Shown piece after piece: positions 17,010 through 26,486 of a stretch of DNA of 64,000 nucleotides (position 1 is its first letter; every line of letters starts with the position of its first letter). The notes beneath the pieces are model-generated. The model was not told the DNA's origin and did not search any database. It saw only the letters and a program-made list of their open reading frames with translations. The position numbers were made by a program, and so were the translations under genes. Origin of the DNA: a virus; the IMG/VR virus record IMGVR_UViG_3300028840_003851, one strand, 5' to 3'.

Positions 17010-18980
17010 CTAAATTGCGGGGGTCTCCCTACGTGGCGGTAGGACCTCTGGGTTGGGCCTCATATCTACTCCTGCAGGGGCTCCTTGAGGCGCACCCCCC
17101 TCCGCGCCTCCCATCTGAGAGAGCATCTGCTCTACCATCTGTGCGAGCTCAGGGGACTGTGCCGCAATGGTTTGCAATGCTGTCTGCTGCTGGTCAGGCG
17201 GCATCTGAGAGAGCTGCTGGGCCAGCTGCTGAGCCATGGCAACTATATCGACCCCTGTACCCTCGGGAGACTGCTCAGGCCCCATACGCTGCCCCATATC
17301 CAGAGGACTGCTCATCGCCATCTCAGCTCCAGGCGGAGCGCCCCCTACCTGCTGTCCTCCGGCAGTGCCCCCTCCAGCCTCAGGACCCCCAGGCTCACCT
17401 GGTGCTTGAGGCGCCGCCTGAGCCTCCATGGCAGCCTGCTGAGCCTTGACCTGCGCCTTGGACATGATGAGCTGGCTCTCTGCCTGTACCTCGGCCATGG
17501 CTAGCTGCTGCTTGCGGGTTGACTCTAGCCGCTTCTCCGTCTCCTGCACCATGAGCTCGTCCTCCTCCTGCTGACTTAGGTCAGAGTCCGACAGTAAGGT
17601 TGTGTCTGAGAGCTTCTGGGCCTGATTGTACTGGAATAGCAGGGCTTTCCTCTGCAGGTCGTCGGCCATCTTGAATGGCTTGAATCTAGCCTTCACCAAT
17701 GGCCAACGCATGTAGTTGCTGACCTCCCGGATTACCCAGCGAAGGAACTGCGTGTGCCGTGTAAGGTACCCAATGAAGGTGTTCTCCATGATGCGCAAGC
17801 TCACGTTAGAGCCGGAGTACGACAGCCCACCAAAGATGAGCTCCTTCGGTACTCCCATACCCCCTAGTATCTGCTCTGAGTGAATCTGCATCTCCTGCGT
17901 CATCAGAAGAGCTCTGCCATCCCCGCCAAGAGTCTGCTGACCTATAGGTAGAGGTAGGATGGGAATGTAGTTGGGGTCCATTCTCCATCTTGCTATCTCA
18001 GTCGCTATGTGGTCCTTCCACTTGCTGAGATTGATTGTCGTGTAGGGGTCACTTGTACCTGAGCCAGCCTGCGGGAACAGCACACGCAGAGGTACTATGT
18101 GCTCTAGCAGAATTGCCTCCTGCGCCTTCTTCATCACCTGAAGGTAGAACGTGTCCTTCAGCACAGGCATGAGCAGAGGCATGCCCCATCCTCTATCCCT
18201 TCCTCCCAGGGACGGGCGCTTAAAGAAGAAGAAGTTCTCCGAGAACTTGATTCCCTTGTTCTTCTGCAGAGCCTGCATGAACCGCTGAGGTGTCGTCTCT
18301 ACAACGTCCTTCTTACCGATGGAGATGTCGCTCTTAACGCTCTGAGGGATGGTGTAGTAGTACGTAGACTCCCCTGTAAGCTCGTTGTAACGAACATCCA
18401 GGTCCTCTATGTTCCAGCGCATAAGCTTTATGCCGGATGCGTCCCTGTAGTAGAAGTCGTGGGCATCCGCTTCCTCTGTACTACCGCACCTAGGGCACGA
18501 CAGAAGGAACTGAAAGTTGCGCATCCTGTAGTGCTCTCTAATCTTGTCTGCCCGCTCAGTGAACCCACAGGTCTTACAGACAAGGTACTTCTTGAATGGG
18601 TACGAGATGCTAACTGCGCACGCACCAAACGTGTGATAGTCAAGTCCGCACTCGACCTGGAATGGGCGTATGCGTAGATGGTCCTGTAGGTACTCCGTCC
18701 ATCTGCTAACCACCTCAGGTCTGTCATGGTCTATCACTATGTCAGTGATAGGGTACTCAGACAGCTTGAACACCGTGGCGTTGATTAGAGGGTTGGTGAA
18801 GAAGTAGTACCTACACCACCGAAACATCCTCTTTATAGAGGCCGGTAGCCAGGTGTGTGCGATATCAAAGAACGGGGACGGGTACGTAAGACCTCCGTCC
18901 TGTATACCTCCAGATATCCTCCCTCTAGTGCGTGCGTACCTATAGCTAGGTCCGCACGTCATGGCTCCTGTTACGCTCAT
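17010..18980 (-). CDS. Putative portal protein with zinc-ribbon insert and Q/G/P-rich tail
   Basis: Size, position in the head module and portal-like segments (RYYFFTNPLINATVFKLSEYPITDI; GMGVPKELIFGGLSYSGSNVSLR); CKTCG and CPRCG insert. Confidence 0.55.
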   Translation of the reverse strand: MSVTGAMTCGPSYRYARTRGRISGGIQDGGLTYPSPFFDIAHTWLPASIKRMFRWCRYYFFTNPLINATVFKLSEYPITDIVIDHDRPEVVSRWTEYLQDHLRIRPFQVECGLDYHTFGACAVSISYPFKKYLVCKTCGFTERADKIREHYRMRNFQFLLSCPRCGSTEEADAHDFYYRDASGIKLMRWNIEDLDVRYNELTGESTYYYTIPQSVKSDISIGKKDVVETTPQRFMQALQKNKGIKFSENFFFFKRPSLGGRDRGWGMPLLMPVLKDTFYLQVMKKAQEAILLEHIVPLRVLFPQAGSGTSDPYTTINLSKWKDHIATEIARWRMDPNYIPILPLPIGQQTLGGDGRALLMTQEMQIHSEQILGGMGVPKELIFGGLSYSGSNVSLRIMENTFIGYLTRHTQFLRWVIREVSNYMRWPLVKARFKPFKMADDLQRKALLFQYNQAQKLSDTTLLSDSDLSQQEEDELMVQETEKRLESTRKQQLAMAEVQAESQLIMSKAQVKAQQAAMEAQAAPQAPGEPGGPEAGGGTAGGQQVGGAPPGAEMAMSSPLDMGQRMGPEQSPEGTGVDIVAMAQQLAQQLSQMPPDQQQTALQTIAAQSPELAQMVEQMLSQMGGAEGGAPQGAPAGVDMRPNPEVLPPRRETPAI

Positions 18981-20071
18981 AGTCCATACTCCCTAGCTGT
19001 GCGCTTACCTGCATGAGCGAGAGCCCCACGACGCGCTATCTCTGCCTCAGGCGACGTTAGCAGCTTTCCCCTGGTGGTGACAGGGCCCGCCGGTACAGAC
19101 GTCTTTCCCTTATCCAGCACGGCCCCTAGACGTCTAGCTCCCCCCGTTACCGCCTCACCAAGAAGCGTCTGCGCCCCTATCGGAAGAGGTCCCATGCTGT
19201 AGGCCAGGGAGCCTAGGGTGCTCCCGATACGCTCTCCTGTGGAAGGACCCCCCTCCTCCTGACTTGGAGCCCTAATAGCGTCGGCAACAGACATCGCGGG
19301 GAACCCTACCATCATGGCCTTGCTAATCGGCCCACCCGCGTGCCACTGCTCCCCGAGACCGGCCTTTAGTGCCTCCACGGGGTTCTCCTTCATAGCGCGT
19401 GCGTACCCAGGAAGGCTCGTAAGGCCCATCTTCTCTGCCTTCTCAGCCGCCTCGGCGGAGCGCTTTGCAGCTGCTAGCTGCACCTCCCCAGCGCCCTTAC
19501 CCAGAACCTTTCCTTTGAGCTTGTGGTAAAGACCAGGAGCGACATCCCCCTTCTCCACGCGCTTGAGGTTCTCAACAGCATCAGTAGCCCCGGCACGCAT
19601 GGCTCGGATGCCCTCCTTATTGTGCCATCCCTTCGGTGTCCACCCTGTAAGACCATGCACCTGCCTCTGACCAAAGCGGGTGGCTGCGCCCACGCCACCG
19701 CCCATCTCCGCAAGGCGCTTTACGTGCTCAGGCTTAAGGACCTTGGCCGCTCCAGCAGCACCGCCTAAAGCAGTGCCGGCTCCGGCTCCTATTACGGCCC
19801 CCTTCAGCCCGGTCTCCGTGCCCCTAAGGAGGCCGCTCATCAGAGCCCCGGCAGTTCCCGTCCCTTGCTCCTTCGCCTCCTGGTACCCTTGATAGCCTCC
19901 GGAGGCAAGTCCTCCGAGACCGCCAATGGCACCTCCAAGACCCATACCAGCTCCGGCTCCCCCTCCTGCTCTCTGCAAGGCTCCCTTGATGGCCTTCCAG
20001 GTGCCAGGGCTAACAGCAAGCTTGTCCATCTCTGCATTGAAGGCCCTTAGGCGTATCTCAGTGTCATGCAT
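18977..20071 (-). CDS. Gly/Ala-rich putative virion internal (ejection-type) protein
   Basis: GAG-rich hydrophobic helices; N-terminal EMDKLA motif. Confidence 0.55.
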   Translation of the reverse strand: MHDTEIRLRAFNAEMDKLAVSPGTWKAIKGALQRAGGGAGAGMGLGGAIGGLGGLASGGYQGYQEAKEQGTGTAGALMSGLLRGTETGLKGAVIGAGAGTALGGAAGAAKVLKPEHVKRLAEMGGGVGAATRFGQRQVHGLTGWTPKGWHNKEGIRAMRAGATDAVENLKRVEKGDVAPGLYHKLKGKVLGKGAGEVQLAAAKRSAEAAEKAEKMGLTSLPGYARAMKENPVEALKAGLGEQWHAGGPISKAMMVGFPAMSVADAIRAPSQEEGGPSTGERIGSTLGSLAYSMGPLPIGAQTLLGEAVTGGARRLGAVLDKGKTSVPAGPVTTRGKLLTSPEAEIARRGALAHAGKRTAREYGL

Positions 20072-20825
20072 GTTTCACCAATGGGAGCTGGTCCTTGAAA
20101 CGGTCCCTGCTCTCCTCTAGATGCTCTGTAGCACGGAGCATGCGTCTAAGCTGCTCCCCCTCTACGGTATCCTCCGTAGGTGCTACACGAGATTTGCTTA
20201 CCTCTGGCCACCTTTTAAGGATGGCCTCTTGGTCTACAAGGTCTGGTACGTCTATCTCTATCTCCTCTAGAGGCCACACAGGACAGAAGATGCCATCATG
20301 TCGGTACACCACTCCCAGGTAATCCCGGAGCTCCTGTGACCACTCGTGGTTGAGATGCACACTGTCTGCAATCTCTGTAGAGACAAGACACTGAGCTAAC
20401 GTTGGGACCTGCATCACGACAAAGTCTGGGTAGAGGTCATTAAGAGGCATCGTGAGCCAGAGGAACACCTCCCATCTAGTCCAGAAGTTGGCGTTGACGT
20501 GTAGTGTGCGCATCGCCTCTATCTTGTGCATGGCTAGGTCTCCAACATCAGGGGTGTTGAAGTCCTGAGGTATGCGCCACTCTATTGTCTCTCCCTCCCA
20601 GCCAAGCCAGTCACGTCCGTACCTCTTAAAGAGGAGCATGTCCAGAATAGCAGGGTGAGCATCTGGGTGCTGGAAGACGTTTATTGAGGTAGGCGGGGGC
20701 TCGTAGGATGCCTCCTCCTCTACCCCCTCTGTAGTCTCCAGCTGACCGTCTATCTCCTCTGCTGGTCCCTGCATACTCTCCAGCGCTCTCTCAAAGCGCC
20801 TTCGTAGCTCCTCTGTCGTTGGCAC
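20064..20825 (-). CDS. Hypothetical head-module protein
   Basis: 253-aa ORF overlapping both neighbours; ends ...VKHA. Confidence 0.65.
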   Translation of the reverse strand: MPTTEELRRRFERALESMQGPAEEIDGQLETTEGVEEEASYEPPPTSINVFQHPDAHPAILDMLLFKRYGRDWLGWEGETIEWRIPQDFNTPDVGDLAMHKIEAMRTLHVNANFWTRWEVFLWLTMPLNDLYPDFVVMQVPTLAQCLVSTEIADSVHLNHEWSQELRDYLGVVYRHDGIFCPVWPLEEIEIDVPDLVDQEAILKRWPEVSKSRVAPTEDTVEGEQLRRMLRATEHLEESRDRFKDQLPLVKHA

Positions 20826-20833
20826 GCTTCCTC

Positions 20834-21703
20834 CTATACTGAGCCCGTAAGGTCTGGGTTCGGTGCGTTGTCCGTCACCATCCTCATAATCATCTTCTTC
20901 TGGTCTCTAGGCAAGGAGCTAAAGATGCCCATGGGGTCTTTTCTAAACTCCGACGCGAAGTCATCACCAAATGTAGAGGAGATGCTCTTCATGTGGGTCT
21001 TTGCCGCCTTCATGATGTCACTCTTAGAAGCGGACACATTGTCTACTAGAATGAGCTCGTCCTTAGGCGCCGCTGTCTTGGAGCCGTACGTGGAGAGATA
21101 CGGGTCAGGGATGAACCTGTCCCACGCAGAGCTCAGGCCAGAGGCTTCGTCTAGCTCTCTAAGAGCTTCACAGAAAACGTCTGGCGGTAGAAGAGGACGA
21201 GCCTCTGCTAGCTTGTCCAGAACAGGGATAAAGGGCTCCCTCTCCTCCGACGTCATTAGGTTTCTGCGCCCTTCAAGCATTGCGTCGACGTCACAGCTGT
21301 ACTCATCGGACCCGTACCTTCCTGCGAGCTCACCGACATCTACCCCAATCTGAGACGCGCGCTTGACGAGGTTGTTGGCGAACTCTCGTCGATGGGTAGC
21401 CCCGAACGCTCTCCAGTGCTCCTCAAAGTAAGCGGCGGCTTGCTTTACCTCCCAGTAGCTATCGAGCGGGTACCTTTCCAATCCTGGTAGAGCGTACCTG
21501 TCTGCTGATGGCTTAGCAGATGAATCATCCACCTCGCACCCAGACACGTCTACGTACGGAGCCATAGCGGTCTTGCTGACTGTCGCCTTCTGCTTGCCCA
21601 CCTTCTTGTCCGATGGCGGCTGGTTGGGCATGATAGGAGTCCCTGTTGTCTCCGCCTCTTTGGTCCAGAATCTTTGCTGCTTAGTTAGTCTCGTGACGCT
21701 CAT
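20834..21703 (-). CDS. Hypothetical head-module protein (YALP..RYPLD...YF domain)
   Basis: 289 aa; multiple K-x-A motifs. Confidence 0.65.
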   Translation of the reverse strand: MSVTRLTKQQRFWTKEAETTGTPIMPNQPPSDKKVGKQKATVSKTAMAPYVDVSGCEVDDSSAKPSADRYALPGLERYPLDSYWEVKQAAAYFEEHWRAFGATHRREFANNLVKRASQIGVDVGELAGRYGSDEYSCDVDAMLEGRRNLMTSEEREPFIPVLDKLAEARPLLPPDVFCEALRELDEASGLSSAWDRFIPDPYLSTYGSKTAAPKDELILVDNVSASKSDIMKAAKTHMKSISSTFGDDFASEFRKDPMGIFSSLPRDQKKMIMRMVTDNAPNPDLTGSV

Positions 21704-21711
21704 TGCGACTC

Positions 21712-22221
21712 CTATCCTGGGAATCCAGCTCTTTGTAGGTTAGCTATCCGCTGCTTGGGCGGAATTACTACAGGCCCCTTGTTGTGCTTCAAATTCGCCG
21801 CTGTCTCTTTTACCGCTCCTGGAAGAGTAGTAGCTGCCTCGATGGCCGTCATGAGACCTATGGCCATCTTTCTTAGCTCCTCCGGAGGGTCTATCCCGTA
21901 CCACCCGCAAGCGGTCTCTAGGTTCTTAGCAGCTACCTTCTGAGCCTCTACTGGTAGCTTGTGCGCTGTCTTCAGGAAGTACTCTACTGCTAGGGCGGTG
22001 TTTCCCTCATCGACACAAGCATACTTACGCAAGACGTCACCATTGTTGATGAGAACCAACGCAAACACATCATCAGGAAGACGGTCCCTCTCCTCTGGAG
22101 ATATGCAGTGAGCTCTCTTAACCATCTCTTGAGCTTGACCGTTGCTGTGTACTAGCTGCTTGTACACCTCTCCGTCTACGTCGTCATATATGTCTAGCAC
22201 GAGCCCGCATATCTTCTTCAT
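21712..22221 (-). CDS. Hypothetical head-module protein (FAL...RKYA..D...YF domain)
   Basis: 169 aa; SD GGAGAAGG; first gene of this leftward operon. Confidence 0.65.
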   Translation of the reverse strand: MKKICGLVLDIYDDVDGEVYKQLVHSNGQAQEMVKRAHCISPEERDRLPDDVFALVLINNGDVLRKYACVDEGNTALAVEYFLKTAHKLPVEAQKVAAKNLETACGWYGIDPPEELRKMAIGLMTAIEAATTLPGAVKETAANLKHNKGPVVIPPKQRIANLQRAGFPG

Positions 22222-22314
22222 TTACCTTCTCCAGCAGAGTAAATCCTACCTGCAAGAGTAAGGCAAAGCCTGGGATAAGGGAACTGGAAGTAAGGCTTAC
22301 CAAGGAGGTAGTAC

Positions 22315-22863
22315 ATGGAGCCTGACATGAGGTGCTTCAGAGACGGTCTGTGGGACCCAGGAAACGCCAAGTGCGCCGGAGGGCTAGACCCGACGGCTAT
22401 CGACACCAGAACAGGAGGAAGGAAGGTGATGCCTCAGTGCAGGTTCTTCGAGACCTGCAGGGATAAGAAGATAGGGTCGTCCAGTATGACAAGAGCGAAC
22501 CCTACTCCACCATCAATATCTGTTCCGGGGATACCGCAAAGGCCCCCGGCGCCGTATAAGCAACCACAGCATCCCACGGCGCAGTACGCGCAGCAGGGGC
22601 AGATGGTTCCTACAAACGCTGGGGAGGTGATGATGATGCCCCCCTGGCAAGCATACTATGGGGCGCCCATGGTGCCCGTGCAGCAGGCTGCTCCTAGCCC
22701 AGTGCCGAGCGCTCTGGCACAGCCAGAGCCTATTGTAGCCGGGGTCAGCACCGGCAAAAGGTTGGCCACCGAGATGGCCAGAGCAGGCATCGGAACGATG
22801 CTGCAGCAGGCAGCTTATGCCATGCTGAACTGGCCATGGAGCAAACCAGAGCCTAGAGAGTAA
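22315..22863 (+). CDS. Hypothetical protein: Cys-containing N-terminus and P/Q-rich disordered region
   Basis: SD AAGGAGG; 182 aa. Confidence 0.7.
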   Translation: MEPDMRCFRDGLWDPGNAKCAGGLDPTAIDTRTGGRKVMPQCRFFETCRDKKIGSSSMTRANPTPPSISVPGIPQRPPAPYKQPQHPTAQYAQQGQMVPTNAGEVMMMPPWQAYYGAPMVPVQQAAPSPVPSALAQPEPIVAGVSTGKRLATEMARAGIGTMLQQAAYAMLNWPWSKPEPRE

Positions 22864-22866
22864 TAG

Positions 22867-24624
22867 ATGAGGCTTGTCAGAAGAGATAAGAGCAAGGCGT
22901 ACTTGGGCGCATGGATGGCCGTGCCCAAGGACTACATCAACCTTGAAGGCACCAAGCAGGCTCTGACCGTATCAGAGAAGAGCAAGTACTCTGAGTACCC
23001 AGAGACGATACGCTTGTGGCGGGAGACAGAGCATCATCTCTGGTTCCCTAGAACATTCTGGCAAGCCTCCTCCCTTCCTTTCGATGTCGTGGACTGCAGA
23101 CCCAGGGAGCTAAAAAGGACCTCTATAGCTAGCCTCATAAAGCTAGACCACATAAGAGGGCCAAATGGGCTACACCCGACAGGAGAAAGAGTACAGGAGG
23201 AGGCGGTTCAAGCAATGCTAGATGCGGAAGGAGGTGTTCTTCAGCTGGCGTGCGGAAAGGGTAAAACGGTTGTAGCTCTGGAGGTAGTAGCGAGAAGTCG
23301 TGTCCCCGCTATCATCATCGTAGACAACACACATCTACTAGAGCAGTGGAGGAAGGAGATAGACAGGCATCTTGATGTACCTGGGGGAGTAGGGCTCATA
23401 CAAGGGTCTAAGGAGGACTGGGACAAGGACATTGTATTGTCCACGTACCAGACCTTGGCATCTAGAGCAGACTCTATTCCGTTCGAGGTATGCGCGCACT
23501 TCGGTGTAGCCATCTGGGATGAGGGACACCACCTCGCCGCTAAGATGTTCGCCAAGAGTGCAGACCTGTTCTACGGTAAGCGGTACGTACTATCTGCAAC
23601 AGCAGAACGGGAGGATGGTCTCTCCGTTGTGTATAAGCTGCATGTCGGTCCCGTGCTCTACAAGGACCTATCTCAGGTCTTAGTTCCTAGCATCTACTTC
23701 AGATGGACGGGGATGACTGTAGACGAGTCAGACCCTACGGCTAAGATAAAGGACTGCAACGGTGAGCTTCACTACAAGATGATGGCCGGTCATCTAGGAA
23801 GTATGCGGGACAGGCTGCGTTTCTTGATGAAGGACATCCAGCTCGCGTTAGATAACGACAGAAAGGTTCTTCTCTTGTCGGAGTCTAAAGCGGAGGTTCT
23901 TAACCTGTGGGCTATGTGGAACCTGGGAGAGGGGGCTGACCTCTACTCAGACATTCCAGTCCCTACAGAGCTGGATGTCGGAGAGACGATAAAACCAAAG
24001 GAGCTAACACCCAAAGAGAGAAAGGAGATAGAAGCGCAGATAGCTAAGATGGAACGGGTTCTATCGTCTAAGAAGGCTACAGAGGGCAAGAAGAGCCTAG
24101 CCAAAGGCAGGCTGGTAGACCTGAACCTGATGATGAAGAGACACCAGATACATCAAAAGATTGAGGCAGAGCACAAGCGTAGAAGAAAGAGGTGGATAGC
24201 TCACGTGCTAGAGCAAACGGAGAGCAGAAACCTACCGGCTGGCGTCATGGTCCATGACATCAAGCCGAAGAAAAGAGCGGAGCTTCTCGCGTACAAGAGG
24301 GTGACGTTCGCAATAGCCAAGTACGGCAAGGAGGGATTGGACTGCCAAGAGCTAGACACTCTCATGGTATCTGTGCCCTTCTCTAGCAGAAACTCTATGC
24401 AGCAGCTGATGGGCAGGGTGCTGCGTGTGCTAAAAGGCAAGAAGAGACCCGTGATGGTCGTATATGAGGACTCTATAAGCATGTTCCAGGCGATGTGCGG
24501 TAAGCTGCGAAGCCTCCTAAGGTCGTGGCCCTCCGATGAGGGAGGACCGTACAAGTACCACTACGTAGAGCATGTGTTTGGAGGAGCAAATCAATGTCAG
24601 ATAACGGATGCACTTGGGCAGTAG
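22867..24624 (+). CDS. Superfamily 2 helicase (UvsW/XPB-like)
   Basis: LACGKGKT, WDEGHH, LSATAER, EGLDCQELD and QLMGRVLR motifs. Confidence 0.88.
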   Translation: MRLVRRDKSKAYLGAWMAVPKDYINLEGTKQALTVSEKSKYSEYPETIRLWRETEHHLWFPRTFWQASSLPFDVVDCRPRELKRTSIASLIKLDHIRGPNGLHPTGERVQEEAVQAMLDAEGGVLQLACGKGKTVVALEVVARSRVPAIIIVDNTHLLEQWRKEIDRHLDVPGGVGLIQGSKEDWDKDIVLSTYQTLASRADSIPFEVCAHFGVAIWDEGHHLAAKMFAKSADLFYGKRYVLSATAEREDGLSVVYKLHVGPVLYKDLSQVLVPSIYFRWTGMTVDESDPTAKIKDCNGELHYKMMAGHLGSMRDRLRFLMKDIQLALDNDRKVLLLSESKAEVLNLWAMWNLGEGADLYSDIPVPTELDVGETIKPKELTPKERKEIEAQIAKMERVLSSKKATEGKKSLAKGRLVDLNLMMKRHQIHQKIEAEHKRRRKRWIAHVLEQTESRNLPAGVMVHDIKPKKRAELLAYKRVTFAIAKYGKEGLDCQELDTLMVSVPFSSRNSMQQLMGRVLRVLKGKKRPVMVVYEDSISMFQAMCGKLRSLLRSWPSDEGGPYKYHYVEHVFGGANQCQITDALGQ

Positions 24625-24980
24625 TACAAACAGCCGCGGACACCTTCGTAGGTAAGATAAAGGAGGTCGGAGAGCACCGGGTAATACTGGAGGAGGCATA
24701 CATTATAAAAACATACACGACTCCTGTGCAGACACCTAAGGGAACAATGATGCAGGTGCACGATGTAATCCGCTCGTTTGGTCCCTGTTTAGAATCATTC
24801 TGCGTAACAGTGGTTCCCTCCGCAGTCATCTACTTCGATGACATGGATGGTAAGGACAAGCAGACCATGTTCGAGCTGCTAGAGACCGGTAAGAAGATGC
24901 TGCAAGCTGAGCGTCTACAACGGGCAGGGATGGTAACCGCGGATGCCGGACTATTACAGAAGCTTAACAGCCCTTCATGA
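24594..24980 (+). CDS. Small beta-rich (Sm-like?) protein
   Basis: VVQTAADTFVGKI...VILEEA pattern resembles Sm-fold strands. Confidence 0.45.
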   Translation: MSDNGCTWAVVQTAADTFVGKIKEVGEHRVILEEAYIIKTYTTPVQTPKGTMMQVHDVIRSFGPCLESFCVTVVPSAVIYFDDMDGKDKQTMFELLETGKKMLQAERLQRAGMVTADAGLLQKLNSPS

Positions 24981-25710
24981 GGCATGGGAGGGATGCACCA
25001 GGTGCGCTCTAAGCGAGCGTAGAGAGTCGTTCCCGTTCTGCCATATGGTGCACGGGAGCGGCCCTACCGGGGGCGTCATGGTCATCGGTGAGGGACCCGG
25101 TAAGACAGAGGAGGAGGAAGGGTCCCCATTCGTCGGCAAGTCAGGCCAGCTTCTCCGGATACAGCTGGAGAACTTCGGTCTGCTAGACGACTGCTACATG
25201 ACCAACATAGTACTGTGCCGGTCCTGTAAACCTCTAGAGATTAACGGCGAGGTGGTGAAGCTCCGAGGAGAGATTACCATGGAGGATACACCGCCTAGGT
25301 ACCCCCACATAGAGGCTTGCCGCCCACGATTGATGAACGAGATTTATCTCGTAGACCCCATCATCATACTTGCCGTAGGCCGTTCTGCTGCCGAGGCTCT
25401 AGCGGGAGGCAACGTAAAGATAGTGAAAGAGACCGGCTCTATTCGCACAGTAGGTGTTCCCGGTGTAACGAAGGAGGCCTGCTTAACGGAGAAGAGAAGA
25501 GTGTGGAGGAGAAAGGTCAAAGGGAAGATGGTGGCACCAGTAAGACCGTACATGGTCAGGTATCCTCTAATGCCAATAGTTCATCCTTCGTTCGTTCTGA
25601 GGGACCTAGAGAACACAGCGCTTAACTCTCCCATGCACCGCTTTACGGACGCCATCAACACCCTTAAACGGATACTAGACATGAGGAAAGAGCTGTATGG
25701 AGAAAGATGA
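24943..25710 (+). CDS. udg: Uracil-DNA glycosylase, family 4
   Basis: CTRC, VIGEGPG..EEEEGSPFVGKSG, TNIVLCR and HPSFVLR motifs. Confidence 0.9.
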   Translation: MPDYYRSLTALHEAWEGCTRCALSERRESFPFCHMVHGSGPTGGVMVIGEGPGKTEEEEGSPFVGKSGQLLRIQLENFGLLDDCYMTNIVLCRSCKPLEINGEVVKLRGEITMEDTPPRYPHIEACRPRLMNEIYLVDPIIILAVGRSAAEALAGGNVKIVKETGSIRTVGVPGVTKEACLTEKRRVWRRKVKGKMVAPVRPYMVRYPLMPIVHPSFVLRDLENTALNSPMHRFTDAINTLKRILDMRKELYGER

Positions 25711-26089
25711 GCTAGACGTCGATGAGATTCCGGAGGTAGCCGCTTTAGTCGCATTCGACGAGAGACACAAGGAGGAGCTAGAGCGTATGAGAGAGCTGCT
25801 GGAGGAGAGAGACATTCTTCTTCAAGCTGCCAGTAAAGCGGTTAGAGCATTGGGCGTGTCGTGCGGCCCGTTCAGAAAGATGTCGGAGTCGTACAAGATT
25901 AACTGGGAGGAGGCGCATGAGCTGTTGGGTGAGATAGCGTTTACCCATGTTGGAGGAACAGTAGAGAGAGTAGCAAAGTACAAAGGAGACAAGAACATGT
26001 ACATGGCAGCATGGGTACGTCGTGAGGTACCTGAGCAGGTTGACTCTCAGGTACGGACACTAGTTAGAAGGTACAAGGTGGAAGAATGA
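25697..26089 (+). CDS. Hypothetical protein
   Basis: 130 aa; overlapping starts and stops with neighbours. Confidence 0.65.
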   Translation: MEKDELDVDEIPEVAALVAFDERHKEELERMRELLEERDILLQAASKAVRALGVSCGPFRKMSESYKINWEEAHELLGEIAFTHVGGTVERVAKYKGDKNMYMAAWVRREVPEQVDSQVRTLVRRYKVEE

Positions 26090-26415
26090 TAAAGGGAACA
26101 CCTAAGATAGACGCTATGGAGCTCACCGCCTTCAAGGTGGAGCTGCCGGGTATGCGGATACTTACCAGGGTTGACCTGGTGGAGAGTGCAAACGGCCTCA
26201 TCCACGCAACCGTGAGGAGCGAGGAGGCCCACCAACCAGGAACCTGGTCGGAGGAGACCGTGGAGGCGGTTAAACGCCTGGCCGAGCTAATCGAGGCAGA
26301 CCTAGCCAATATTCACCTGGCCGGAATGGGGCCCACGGAGGACAGAAAAGGTCTGCAATTACCTGAGAGTGGACTAGGCGAGAACCTCAGCGGGTCCGAC
26401 GCCCCGTCTGTGTAG
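26086..26415 (+). CDS. Hypothetical protein
   Basis: 109 aa; ATGA overlap. Confidence 0.65.
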   Translation: MIKGTPKIDAMELTAFKVELPGMRILTRVDLVESANGLIHATVRSEEAHQPGTWSEETVEAVKRLAELIEADLANIHLAGMGPTEDRKGLQLPESGLGENLSGSDAPSV

Positions 26416-26486
26416 AGTTGACAGGCAGCTTACCGCCCCGCCATGCTGGGCGGTGCTGCGTTGAGGGAGACGCAGGAAGGAGGCGT

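Noticed and set aside
24943-25710. Uracil-containing genome as in AR9/PBS1
   Set aside because: The phage encodes its own uracil-DNA glycosylase and ThyX, which argues for ordinary thymine DNA.
26418-26456. Sigma70 promoter (TTGACA) before the helicase
   Set aside because: The only -10 candidate (CATGCT) is weak and buried in a GC hairpin; it is a single instance.
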